Shown here one piece after another: positions 35,879 to 48,690 of a stretch of DNA of 64,000 bases (positions within the stretch are counted from its first letter, which is position 1; each line of letters opens with the position of its first letter). Below the pieces are notes generated by a model. That model was given only the letters and a program-made list of their open reading frames with translations, had not been told where the DNA came from and made no database searches. Location of the stretch: the NCBI RefSeq assembly GCF_009914755.1, contig NC_060927.1. One strand, written 5' to 3'. Source of the DNA: the human T2T-CHM13v2.0 reference genome, Homo sapiens. A program made the translations under genes and the position numbers.

Positions 35879-38739
35879 TATTTTTAATAAGTATAATTTT
35901 GCTATCTAAAAATCATAATAGTTTATATTAAGTTAATCAATGAAATTCAATTTTTTGAAAAAGAAATAAACCTGCTACTTCAAAGAAAAGCACTGATGAC
36001 ATTTAATAATAATCTTGTGTATAATATGATCCACCTTTAAGGAGAACTTATCCTCTTTCCTTCCACTTAACTTTAATTCATATTCAGGGAATGTTTGCCT
36101 AATATCACCTGAGTAAATTATTTCATTTTTCTTAGCTACAGTAGGCAATTATATTTGTTATTTTAATAATATACACCCTAAAAGAGAAGTGGAAGAAAAA
36201 TTATTCTTGTTTTAATATTTTATAATCTTAAAGTATGAAGATACTCTCAATTTATAGAAGCAAAGCAGAAACCATAAATGGAAAGGTAGGCATTACATCA
36301 AATAAGATATAATCAATGTGAATCAAACTTTTTTATTTTAAATATTAATTATTTGAATTCAGTGTGTCTTTTATTGTCAATATGCTGATAATATGATTGT
36401 TTGGCTTCATACAATTTCATTGCAACACCTACTGTGTCTAACACAATAAGGATATTTATTGATAATTTTATTTAGTTGGAACTAAACTAGCCGTCACAAA
36501 ATTGACAAGTGGCCTAAAATGACTCTTTTAAAGATAATACAAATAAAATAAGCACATTACCAAAAACAGCAGAGTAATAGTTCTTTCACTACAAGTTATT
36601 TCAGCCACAATGTGAGCTGAAAAAATGACAATGATAAGTAGTGCAAAAAATAAGTTGAAAGTATCAGGATTTTTTGAAATACAGATTTACAACCACTATA
36701 ATAAATACTGAACTTTATCTAGTATGTATATATTTTATGCTACATGTATTATACAATGGTAAATATAACATTTTCATATATTACTGTCTTTAATACCAAA
36801 CATAGAAATAAACTAAATTTAGACCCCGGCATTAAAATTTGTTTATTCACAAATATTAAAATATTTTTGAAATCATGAACCATGTCTAACTAACCTGCTC
36901 CTAAGAAAATATATAATTAGGGCTAATGCAAGTTTCATTAAAAAAATTGTATGTTGTTCATTAGTAAATAGAAATAAAATAATTGACATTGATTTGTTTC
37001 ATTTGGTTTACCTTAATTTCTGTGTGAATATTGTGTGATATACATAAAGCAATGTGTTATATAAATCATAGATAAATGTAATATTTATTGGGGTGGTACT
37101 TAAAGTATTTCAGTGCCAAGGATTCAAGTACATTTGTGGTTTTTTCTTAAAAGATAAATATCATAGTTTGTATATCCATTGGTAGAAAAAACAAAAATGG
37201 TGGAAAGAATACATAATAATGCCAAGGTAAATGGTGAAGCCAGAGTTCAAATTCAGGTCTCTGAATTCTGAGACTAGACCCTCTGCCATTTAATATACAA
37301 CATCACCTAAAGTCAAAAATCTTAAGTTGCTTTTCAGGACTTCAAATACATTCTGACTATCTCTCCAGCCTTTGAGGTACTTTCATGCAGTTGATAGACT
37401 TTCTGGGAAGAATATTATGACAGCAAACAATGTTGCATGTAATGATTTTGGTGATTAGAAGACCTGCTCCTCAATCTACATATATTTCTATTCACACAAA
37501 AGATATTTGGGACAGAAAAATTCTTTTAAACCTGAAATTTGGTGCCTAAGTTATTGTCAGGTCACAATAGTGTAAAAATTAAAATGGTCTGGTCTATTTC
37601 CATCTTCAACCAGCTCTTTCTATTCAAGAAACATGGAAGTAATAAAACAACATTAAAAGTACGCAATGGGTTTCTTAAAAGTTTTGTTTCATTTTGCTTA
37701 TCAAAGTTACAAGTCTAATATTAATCCTTTTGAAGCCTAGTAAGTGAAGATTAAAGCATTCTAACATCTATCTATAGGTGTGCCATAATGAATTATGATC
37801 CTTACCTAATTCCATGTAATGGAAAAGCTCCAGTAAGTAACAAACTTAATCAGTGCAGTGGCACAGAAGATCAATCTTTGATTCCTATATTCACAAACTG
37901 GTTATTTGGTCACATTAGAGAGCAGGCTGAGTGTTGGAACAGATTCCTAGAAATGATGGATGTAATTGTCAAAGCTGCCAGGGTCAATGTATAATGTTCA
38001 TAAAAGAACCAACCCAATTCAAGCACCTTCCATTTATCATTTATGCAATTTGACCCCCTAGTTCTCTTTATAACATATAAAGGAGAAACAACTGCCATGT
38101 TCACTCCATTGGAATCTTGTGCACTTTCCACTATCATTCAGGTCACAGCCTTTTTTAGACTGGGGTTATTTGTACATAACTTTCCCTTCTCTGAGGGCAT
38201 TGGGACAATTAATTGAAATATGGATTTAAAGAAGATAGAAATAGATCCATGAATCTGTATGTAATCGCCATGTTACCATATAGAATGTTTTGAAATCCCC
38301 AGTCAGAATCTTTCTGATTCATCATCTACTTACTGTTATAATACACACTCAACTTTGACATTGGCAATATTGTGTTGAGAATTATTCCAATAACCAGCAT
38401 TTTACAGGTGGGTTTTTCTTATGAAATTTGCACGTGCTAAAGTGTTAGGTGTACAAAAATTTAAAAGAAAACCTCAAATAAATACATATTAATGTCATAT
38501 ATATTTTCAATTGGAGAACAATATAAGGAACTTTTATTTATTTTGCTTGAACAATTGGTCTTCTGTGGCAATTGATGAATTAAATGGACACTATCACAGA
38601 TGAGTTCAGTTACAATTATACATATTATTAATTCTAGAGTCTTATCAAGAAAAACAGCTGTTTGGAATTCTTGGCTCTTTGTTTTTAGATTTGTGTATTT
38701 ACAACACTTCCATAAAAGTGTGTTCTTACTGGATATTTG

Positions 38740-38845
38740 CATTAGAATGTAAGCTCATGAGGACAACGCTTACTCTTGGCCAGATTTTAGATTTCTAGAA
38801 GAATGAGTACATTGTAGAGGCTCAGTATTTACTGAAAGAAAAAAA
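38740..38845 (+). mobile_element. L2 3' end relic
   Basis: TTAGAATGTAAGCTCATGAGGACA..TAGAGGCTCAGTATTTACTGAA. Confidence 0.5.
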
Positions 38846-39644
38846 TAAGAGAAAGAAGGAAAGAAACAGTAATACAGAAAGGAAAGTGAACAAAGAGTAT
38901 AATGCATATTATTTTAAAATATGCAGATATTGAAGTGATTTGTGGGGTATTTCCAAAATTAGATATGATTCATTATGATATTATTACCCACATCAATGAC
39001 ACTATTACCCACTTTCTGAAACTAAAGCAGTATATTTCCTAAATTACAATAGATATTTATCTGTTTTAAAAACAGCAAGGTGATCTTACGGAAAATGCAA
39101 GTAACGTGAAAAAGGAGCAATCATAACTAAAATGATGTAACATTGAAAAGTGCCTCACTGGTTTTCTTCTTCACTTCAGGATAAGTATATCCTTAAATAT
39201 ACTTCAAAACACTGTAATAAGAAAAATAGCTCTCCAAAACCTAATACTAAATAGAAAATTAGTATCAAGTGACCTAAAATGTAACTTAAATGAAAATGTC
39301 ACAAACAGTCAACAGATAGTTTCTAAATGTCAAAATAAGCCTGTCACTCTGCAAGAAGCTCAGAGAAGCGTAGTCCTTTCTCTTCTGAGTGTGCAGTTCT
39401 AGCAGGCACAGAGATAAATGAGAAATAATAAATGTGATAACTGCTGTAATAGGCAAATACAGAAAGTATACTGAAAATAAGGGCAACAATTTTGACAAAC
39501 AAAACATTAATAAACAATTGAAACTACAAAAAAGACTCATAATTTTAATAAATTTTGCCTTCTTCATCTCTTCTCAAGAAAACAAATGCCTCTGCTTTAT
39601 TGGGTGACATGATCATAAGGAGATGTAACAGCTCTGATTTGTAT

Positions 39645-39760
39645 TACTGAATCTCATTTTCCTCATTTGTGAAACACGAGTTTAAAAATCCTTTTGAAGG
39701 TCAAATGAGAATATTTGATATTATTGTGTAAACTGTCAAGTGCTACACAAATATTAGTCA
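39645..39760 (+). mobile_element. MIR relic
   Basis: CTCATTTTCCTCATTTGTGAAA..GTAAACTGTCAAGTGCTACACAAAT. Confidence 0.55.
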
Positions 39761-42639
39761 TTTTTTTCCACAATTGTTTTTAGCATGTGTATGTCACATG
39801 GTTAACGTAGCATTCTCATAAAAGAAACCTTGAAATGTCTCTCCTACTCAATTTTTATTTTGCAACTATTTTCAGTCATTATTATGTATGATATGCTTTT
39901 TAGGGGCATTTGAATTTTAAAGAGAATAAGTAAAAACTGAAAGGAGAAGGACAATGAAATTATGAGATTACAGTCATAATAATTTCATTGATTAATTTTT
40001 CATAGAACTATATTATATTGCTCCCAAAAGATTTTCCGAGAAATTAAAAAATGCTGCACCACCATTTGAAATGGCTGTACAACTGCTGCTTAGGTTAGAG
40101 TTAACTTTTTTTTAAGCCTGAAAATACAGTTATATTTTCATATAATAAAATAGGGAAAATAGGATTTTTAGTGCTACTTGCTCTCACCAGAAATAATCAT
40201 AACCTTTAAACTGTTATTTATGTTAAATTAAATTTTTCATTTTTACTACCTCATGTTTTAGATGAGGCATGTATTTTTTAATGTATTTCCACACTGTTAC
40301 TGTACCTGTATGATAAACTGCTGACTTACATTCATACCATAATTATTTTTTAGTTTTATTTCTCTGTTCCTAAAGAATCACAGAAGTAAAGAATTGTATT
40401 TATGCTTGTATTTTTCAGCAACCTTATGTCAGAAAATGATGCATATTACTGTAGAAATCATATATGCAAGTCCAAAGGGAGATGATGAAAAAGAAAACAA
40501 GCTTTAAAGTCTACACATTCCTAACACCGCATTAGGAACTCAGCACTCATAGTGAAATCAAAGAATGATCACACTCAACTCCATCTCAGACCTAGACTGA
40601 AATATCAAACTTCAAAAAGAAAAGAAAGTTAAGAACTTTAGGCTAATCAAAATTTTCCAACATAGTTAACATTATTGCTGCCTTCATCGCACTAGAAAAC
40701 ATAAACAAGAATCCAAGTTTTGTATATGCTTAAATAAAAATATTTTTATTTCTATCCATTATGACATATAAGCAAGTAGTAAAATAAAAGCACAATAAAA
40801 TGATGTATAGAATTGTCTCAGTCTAAAAAAATTCAATTGAGACTATTAATTTTATGAAAACTATAAAGAATTCTTCATGAAATTATATTATACACTAATT
40901 TTTAGCATTCTACTTACATTTTACATCATCAACAAATTAAAGGAAACATTTAAACGTTATTTTTTCAATTTTATTATTCTATTACAATAATCTTTTTGAC
41001 ATAAGTATTTCAAATAAAACATTCAAAATAAATTCTAGGTGCTGATTTGAGCTTTTGATGTAATCATACTTCTGTACCCATAGTAATGTGAAGTTAAACT
41101 TTCTCCTCACAATGTAGATCTTTTATAACAACAGTGTTATTCTTTTCTCTGACACAAACCCTGTGATATCACACAGTATCCATATACTGTATCGATACAT
41201 TACATGGCTCCAAACAGTAGGCTTCAAATAAATGAAAAAATTATATTTGTGACAAAATTCTAGAAAAGGGAATGGTAAAGTGGGAGAATAATTTCTAACT
41301 TTTTAACTCTGGGTCAGTGGATTTGGGTACATTTAGATGGACACACATATTTGCACACTGCAAGTGTGCACATGTGTATATATATTTATATGTGTTACCC
41401 AAAATATATGGATTGTGTAATCATTTAATCTACGCTTTTACATTTATGAAATTTGATAAGGGATTATCTTACCTATATTCAATTTGATGTAAAGCCAATA
41501 AAATCTCTGTCAACATTCATTTTAATTAATCCAATAATGTTAATTGCTGATAGCTTCATTCTCCTTGTTCCCTGTTGGCAACCAGAAAGGTAATTCTCCC
41601 TCTAACTTAGCTGTCAGGATGCCATCCAGGAGAGATTGTCGTCTTGCTTTTCACTGTGACCTCTGACCCCACCACTGTCTTCCTGTAACAGTCCTATCTT
41701 CGGGTATTTAATGAACTTTATACATGGCTAAAAGGTTAAAAGTGCAGTGAAATGTTAGGCCCTGCTGCGAAATGTTCCATTGTTTCTATATGTCTAATTG
41801 ACCTTTCATGTTATGCAAGACAAGAAAAGCAAACCAATAGGTTTCTTAGTATCCAGTCCAACACAGTCTTTATTATTAATATGCTAAACATGTTTCTTTC
41901 AAGGCATTGACACCTAAACACTGCTAGAAGTATCAAAATGACTTCTCATTAATAACCATTATATTAATCACTGTTGCCCAGAACTAGAATCTAACTGCGA
42001 AATCCCCTGGTGGAAATTGCTATAATCGTTCAAACTACAGGAATGAATATTTTTCAGCATAATTACTGCTGTCGTCTTACTGAAAAATATCCCATTAGAT
42101 GGCAGCTTTTAGTTACATAAATTGTGTTGATTAATTTTTAATTTCCAGCATTTATATGACATTGCACAAGTAAAGATCTTTGATAATTTAAATGGTTAGC
42201 TGAGCAATTATTAAAATAACTCACAGCAATTGAAACATTCATTTACTTACTAGAAGTGCCGTACGTCATTAACTCCTGATTAAAACAAAGTTGGCAAATT
42301 GCAAGTGCTGAATTGATCACTAAGATATTTATCTCATGGTGTTTAATAAAACTATTTGTGCCATGTATGATGCCTCAGCTGCAAGGATGAAACTTTAGTA
42401 TAAATGTGTCAAAGCGAAGGAATCTAAACAATACTGGCAACATGGCATCTCAACTGTGTGCTCAAGCGCACATCTGTGGCTCTAGGCAGGCAACTTAAAT
42501 GCTCTATAACATTACCATTTGTATCTAACCCAGTAACTCTTTCATTTAAAACAAACAAAAGTTTCCATACTTACAAGAAAACAATGAGTTCTTAGTCTTA
42601 CTTGTGTAATTTATGTTTTTATCGACTTGTTTGAATCTT

Positions 42640-42800
42640 CATCTTAACTGTGAATTCTCAGATAACTTTCAGTTTCTTTATCAGTAAATTGAGAAGGTAA
42701 CTGTGCTTATTTCATAACGCTGTACTATGGGATAATATAACTCAAGAAATGTAAATTTGCCTAGATAACATATGGGATGTACTGAGCAATAAATCATCCT
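42640..42800 (+). mobile_element. MIR relic
   Basis: TCAGTTTCTTTATCAGTAAATTGAG..GCAATAAAT. Confidence 0.5.
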
Positions 42801-43151
42801 TCTCATTATAATGTCTATCACAATTTTTTCAAATGTAAGGCAATAATGAAAAGATAAATGTTTTATACCTGAAAATAAATGTCTTTTGGTTCTTAATGTC
42901 TCTCTGCATTAGTCTTCATAAGCTAAACACAAAAACACCCATGTATTTGGTTTTCAGCTGAGTTGACTATCAATTTTTAGGGTTTAATTAAACAGAATAA
43001 AAATTTCAAAAATAGATGACTAGATAAGAGAAACCACACTTTTATCATAAATAATAATTATTCCCAAGTCCCACTGCAACTGCAAACTTGAAAGAAAAAT
43101 TAAATCTGAAATATTGCAATATTGTAACATCTAAAATTTATATTTTGAAGT

Positions 43152-43422
43152 CAGGTGGCTCATGCATGTAATCCCACCTCTTTGGGAGACTAAGAAGGGA
43201 GGATTGCTCCAGGCCAGGAGGCCGAGACCAGCCCAGACAACATAGCAAGACCTACCTAAACAAAATAAATAAATTAATTACATAAACTGGGCATGGTGGC
43301 ACACATCTGTAGTCCTAGTTACTCAAAAGTTAATGTTGCAGTTACCTGTGATCACACGCTGCACTTCAGCCTGGGCCACAGAGCAAGACTTTGTCTCTAA
43401 AAAATAATAAAATAAAATAAAA
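43152..43422 (+). mobile_element. AluJ (Jo/Jr-like) with right-arm deletion
   Basis: GGTGGCTCATGCATGTAATCCCA..AACATAGCAAGACC..GCCTGGGCCACAGAGCAAGAC; (AAAAT)n tail. Confidence 0.85.
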
Positions 43423-43594
43423 GCATTTTAAGGTATTTTTTGGAAGTTTGTATAATTGCTCCCAAAACATAGACAGTGTTTAAATTTGAGTACTTCATGA
43501 GGAATTGGTAGAGAAAATTGTTCATGTTGTTTTCCAAAAATCAGGATAAATTTGTTACAGTTTCATATACAAATGTCTAATACCTTTTGTAAAA

Positions 43595-43990
43595 TAAATG
43601 CTGACAAAATTCAAGAAGTTGTCTCTATAGCCTTTTCCCTCAAAATATTCATAGTTCAATAGGAGAATGAGGAGGAGCAATAATTACAATGTACTGTGAC
43701 AAGTGTTACAATATATACAATTAAGTAACTTAAGTGGAAAGGAAGTTCTTAACTGGGTTTAGAGGGGTTTTGGAAGCCTTCCCAGGGCGGGGACAGTTGA
43801 GTGGATCTTGAAGGATAAGAATTTGCAAGAAAAGTGTTTGGGGGAACAATATTGTAGGAAAAAGAAACATTGTTTGTTTCAATGAGTGAAGTACTAAGAG
43901 TGCATATGGTCCCATCTGTCCCGTTCTTAGAACATACTAGGAGCACAATAAATATTTGTTTAATCAATGAATGAATCAATGAATGAAATA
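43595..43990. mobile_element. L2 fragments ending in a (TGAA)n tail
   Basis: GAGTGGATCTTGAAGGATAAG; CAATAAATATTTGTTTAATCAATGAATGAATCAATGAATGAA. Confidence 0.6.
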
Positions 43991-44209
43991 TATTGGGAAA
44001 AGTGTTCCAGAAGGGATTTTAAAAATCCTGTAAATGAAAGGTAAACACCCTTGACTATAATTTTTCCTGTTTTTCTCTACGTTATTGTGATGTTTTTCTA
44101 ACTCATAAGCTCTGTTTTACTTTTTTGGTCCTTTCACAAATATCATCCAAGTTTCCTGAGACGACTCCTCTCTTGATCCTGGATATTATATTTATCTCTG
44201 ATACTCCTT

Positions 44210-44540
44210 TGTGTGTGGTCCTGGATTTGTATGCCCACTGATACATAACTCACCTCTGGCACTGCTCTGTAATACAGAGGCCTGGCTCCTGGGAGGCATG
44301 GCTCCTAGGCTCCCATAAAATTATTTCCTGTTTGACTTCAGACAAGGGGTGATAATGGGGAGATTAGAGAACAAGAAGATGAGAAATGCCAGAGTGTGTT
44401 TTCCCCTCCTCCTTAGCAGGGGATAAGTATCCACAGTGATTCCATGGCCTGCCAGATAGTTCACCATGTTTCTATTTTCTACATAGTGACCCTAATCCCA
44501 GACTCTTCTAACACCATTTCCTCCAATTGTCTTCTCTAAA
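44210..44540. mobile_element. Old ERVL LTR fragment (LTR33-like)
   Basis: CTGCTCTGT..CCTAGGCTCCC..GGAGATTAGAG..GAGAAATGCCAGAGTGT..CCCCTCC motif order. Confidence 0.4.
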
Positions 44541-44749
44541 GGATTTGGGGATTATTTTTGGAGATTTAAATATAAAATATGAGTCTATGTTTCCAATGCA
44601 GTGTGCTTTCTATAATACTACAGTGTTACATCATTGAATATATTTGACAAAGAAATTACAAACTATAACTAATGTAAGAGGAAAATAAATGATGGAGAAT
44701 AAGGAAGAAAAAAGGCATTTTGCCAGTAAGGAATGTTTTTGACTTCATA

Positions 44750-45175
44750 TAACAGATAAATTAAGCATGGATTAAACAGACAGGGATTTCTATTTTTCAG
44801 ATGTGAACCAGTCATAGTTAGGCAGTTGCTGCCATTGATCAGTTGCTCTGCTACGTGGTAGTAGCAGTGATTCTTTTGCTATTTTCTCCATGGAACATGC
44901 AATTTCAGGCATTACGTCCCTAATCAATGAAGGAAGAAGAGGATAAGGGCCCCACAAGTCAAAAGTATCACTTTTTATCTTGAAAGCAAAAGCTTCCCCA
45001 GAGTTTTCAGCCAAATTTACGTAAGTCTTATTGGCCAGAAGTGTGTCATATGACCAAACAATTACAGCAGAGGGTAACAAAGTAAATATTTACATTTTTT
45101 AGCCTCCTTAGTACAGGCTGGAAACTGAGACTGAGATTGAGTGATGGGTTAGGCAGCCAACAGAGGCATGTAAAA
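44750..45175 (-). mobile_element. MLT1 (I/J-like) LTR
   Basis: AAAGCAAAAGCTTCCCCAGA..GTCTTATTGGCCAGAAGTGTGTCATATGACCA. Confidence 0.6.
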
Positions 45176-45441
45176 CGGAGCTATTTTAATGACAGATAAT
45201 AAATAAATGCCAGTTTCAAGGAAAGTAAGTGGTGTTAAAGAAAAATCTTTTGCTAATAAGATTACTTGGTTAATGTCCAAGTTTGGGACAAATGAAGTTA
45301 AGAAATGTTTGACAAATCATAATTCAGCAAAGACATTTTAATATGTGGAAACTGAGGCTCAGGGAAGATGAGTAAATTCTGCACATTAATGCACCTGATT
45401 CATGGCAATGCCAGTTTTCAGGACTAACTTTATTGTAATTC

Positions 45442-46804
45442 TGGGAGGTGACAGCATGCTGGCAGCCCTCACAGCCCTTGCTTGCTCTCAGCGCCTCCTC
45501 GGCCTCCGCACCCACTCTGGCCGCACTTGAGGGGCCCTTCAGCCTCCCGCTGCACTGTGGGAGCCCCTCTCTGGGCTGGCCGAGGCCGGAGCTGGCTCCC
45601 TCGGCTTGCGGGGAGGTGTGGAGGGAGAGGCGGGGGCGGGAACTGGGGCTGCCCGCTGCTCTTACGGGCCAGCACGAGTTCCAGGTGGCCACGGGCTCGG
45701 TGGGCCCCACACTCAGAGTGGCCGGCTGGGGCCACCGCCCTGGGCAGTGAGGGGCTTAGCACCCTGGCCAGCAGCTGCAGAGGGTGCGCCGGGTCTCCCA
45801 GCAGTGCCATTACACCGGCGCTGCGCTCGAATTCTCACTGGGCCTCAGCTGCCTCCCCGCCGGGCAGGGCTTGCGACCTGCAGTCTGCTATGCCCAAGCC
45901 TCCCCCCGCCTCTGTGGGCTCCTGCCGAGCCTCCCCGACAAGTGCCGCCCCCTGCTCCGTGGCACCCGGTACCATTGACTGCCCAAGGGCTGAGGAGTGT
46001 GGGCACACGGCAGAAGACTGGCGGGCAGCTCCGCCTGCGGTCCGGTGCTGGATCCACTAGGTGAAGCCAGCTGGGCTCCTGACTCTAGTGGGGACTTGGA
46101 GAACCTTTATGTCTAGCTAAGGGATTGTACATACACCAATCAGCACTCTGAGTCTAGTTCAAGGTTTGTAAATGCACCAATCAGCACCCTGTGTCTAGCT
46201 AATCTGGTGGGGACTTGGAGAATCTTTCTGTCTATCTAAGGGATTGGAAATACATCAATCAGCTTGTTTGTAAATGCACCATTCAGCACCCTGTGTCCAG
46301 CTAATCTGTGGGGACTTGGAGAACTTTTGTGTCTAGCTCAGGGATTGTAAACACACCAATCAGCACCCTGTCAAAACGGACCAATCAGCTCTCTGTAAAA
46401 CAGACCAATCAGCTCTCTGTAAAATGGACCAATCAGCAGGATGTGGGTGGGGTCAGATAAGGGAATAAAAGCAGGCTGCCCAAGACAGCAGTGGCAACCC
46501 ACTGGGGTCGTCTTCTGCAGCGTGGGAGGTTTGTTATTTTGGTCTTTGCAATAAGTCTTGCTGCTGCTCGCTTTTTGTGTCTGCACTGCCTTAATGAGTT
46601 GTAACGCTCACCGCGAAGGTCTGCAGCTTGACTCCTGAGCCAGCGAGACCACAAACCCACCAGAAGGAAGAAACTCCGAACACATGCGAACATCAGAAGG
46701 AACAAACTCCGGACACGCCGCCTTTGAGAACTGTAACACTGCGAGGGTCCGCGGCTTCCTTCTTGAAGTCAGTGAGACCAAGAACCCGACCAATTCCAGA
46801 CACA
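45442..46804 (+). mobile_element. ERV9 solo LTR (LTR12 family, LTR12D/E-like), full length
   Basis: TGGGAGGTGACAGCATGCTGGCAG..CCAATTCCAGACACA; TG..CA termini; perfect 4-bp TSD ATTC; GC/CpG-rich U3; tandem CCAAT repeats. Confidence 0.96.
46065..46475 (+). promoter_or_regulatory. LTR12 enhancer/promoter repeats: multiple CCAAT (NF-Y) boxes, GATA site, TATA-like AATAAAA
   Basis: CCAATCAGC near 46136, 46177, 46356, 46381, 46405 and 46429; CAGATAAG near 46454; AATAAAA near 46464. This is the known ERV9 LTR promoter layout. Confidence 0.8.
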
Positions 46805-48044
46805 ATTCCAAACTCTTTAAACTTTCTTCTATAATGTATGGCCATGATATGGTTTGTCATTTGCTAGCAAAGAATTCTTGAATCTTATATATGCATACAA
46901 CCTATCCATAACACTAAACAAATTATTTCCCCACCCCCACAATCCTTATAGTGACTTTTGTACTTCAAAGCTGCTCCTTACGTTAAAGAAAACATGTTTT
47001 CATTGCTATGAAATTTTAACAGAAAAATAATGTTTTCCCTAAGACCAAATCTTTTAGAAATGATCTGAGTTGTACCTAGCATTAAAATAATAGAGGAAAA
47101 TCTTGAAACAACTTAATACTATAGTCTGTATTCACATTTTGGCTCACTGTTACCCTCGGGATATTTTTGCACTAAATTGGTGCTGTTTATGTCTTCTAAG
47201 TGCAGTACAGATAATTAATTCTGATGATTTCTAACAATTTCTGCAATGAAACATCACACTAAATGTAACTAATATTTTTCTTATTCTGTCTATTAGAGTG
47301 TTACATAAATATTCCATTCAACTTTATAGTTACAGTCTGGTATCTAACATAGAATAGATGTTCTCTTACAATTCTTTTAATTGGTTCTTTCCTAGCCCCA
47401 TCTGTTATTTTGCCTCCTATACCCCTGCGTCATGACCACCACCATGCTCTTCCCTTGTATTTACTTCCCATTAATCCTAATGGGTTTAATGGGAACCTAA
47501 ATTCACTTTATTTTAAAAAGCACTGAAGGTTTAAATTGTAAGGATTATTAGTCTATATTAATTTCCCACTCTTTGATTAGTATCTTCTACTACATGTATT
47601 GTGGAAAATTTGACCCTCTCATGTCTGCTTAAATGCCAGAGCTGGGAAGTACATTGGCATCTATATCAGCAGGTTTTCCATTTTGGACATCTCTATTTAG
47701 AAACCTCCTCTTTGAACTTCCTCCTGATGGAATTAATTCTGTATCTGAATAAATTTTAATCTATATGACATGTGACTTAAAGACACACTGAGTCTATTTC
47801 TTTACATTTTTAATAGTAAATGGAAAGGTTGGGTTATATATTCTCTGAGGCGAATGAAGTTCTAATATTTGGTATTTATGTGATTTTTTGTTTGCCATTA
47901 GCTACCTCTTTGAACTGTGTCTACCATGATTAGTCTCCAGATCCTTTAACATGGTTATTCTTTAACAAAGTGTGCTTCAATTAAGTAAATCATATTAAAA
48001 TGTAAGTCAGAATCAGCAACTACAATAATACATTATGCAGACAA

Positions 48045-48690
48045 TAATAGCTACTATTTAATAATTTAAAGTGCCAGACAATGTTGTAAGAATTTTGTGT
48101 GCATTATTTCATTTAATCTTCACAACACTTCCTTGAACTAAGTGTGAAGCAGTTTGCTGTGCTCTGGTTACCAACATGTCTTGAGTTGCATGAGACTGAA
48201 CACATTCATACACAGCAAATTACATGAAGTGGATTGATTACTTGATAGGCGGCAAGGGACAACAGAAGTCTAGGATTCAGTGTGAGCTGGTCACCCAATG
48301 CTCAGGCAACTCTGGGGGGTGGATGGAGCCTTCGCTGCATGTGCCCAACTTGTTCCACAGCTGAGGGTACAAATGGGGCAAAAGGCAGCCTGCTCCAGGT
48401 TACATACCTCGATATTCCATAACTCACCTGGGCAAAGCATTGAAGGGCATTCTGTTCTGGGGGGCCTGGAAGAGAGCCTAGCTTTTCAAGCCAGCTTCCC
48501 CTTTATCTCAGGATGTTGCATTCCTACCATGTAGTATAATTACTCTTTAGAACTACAAGTGAGAAAGTGAGGAGAACTGGGTTTGTCCAAGTTCTCAGAG
48601 AACTGTCCCGCAGTAATTCTCTTACTGCTTCATTTAATGATGAGAAACTGGCTCTTGGAAATCTTGAATTTTCCATGAACTTTCCAAAGC
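48045..48690 (-). mobile_element. MIR relic split by an LTR insertion
   Basis: ATTATTTCATTTAATCTTCACAACAC before, and CATTTAATGATGAGAAACTGGCTC after, the inserted LTR. Confidence 0.6.
48143..48612 (-). mobile_element. ERVL-type solo LTR (MER73/LTR47-like group)
   Basis: TG..CA termini; minus strand starts TGCGGGACAGTTCTC..ACCCAGTTCTCC..TTGTAGTTCT..GGAATGCAACATCCTGAGATAA. Confidence 0.65.

Noticed and set aside
46065-46440. CRISPR-like repeat/spacer pattern
   Set aside because: These are the known tandem CCAAT-containing U3 repeats of ERV9 LTRs; the DNA is eukaryotic, with no unique spacers or cas genes.
45324-46881. Dense overlapping ORFs up to 192 aa and a CpG-island-like patch suggesting a gene start
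   Set aside because: They lie within the GC-rich LTR12, where long open frames are expected; no protein family similarity recognised.
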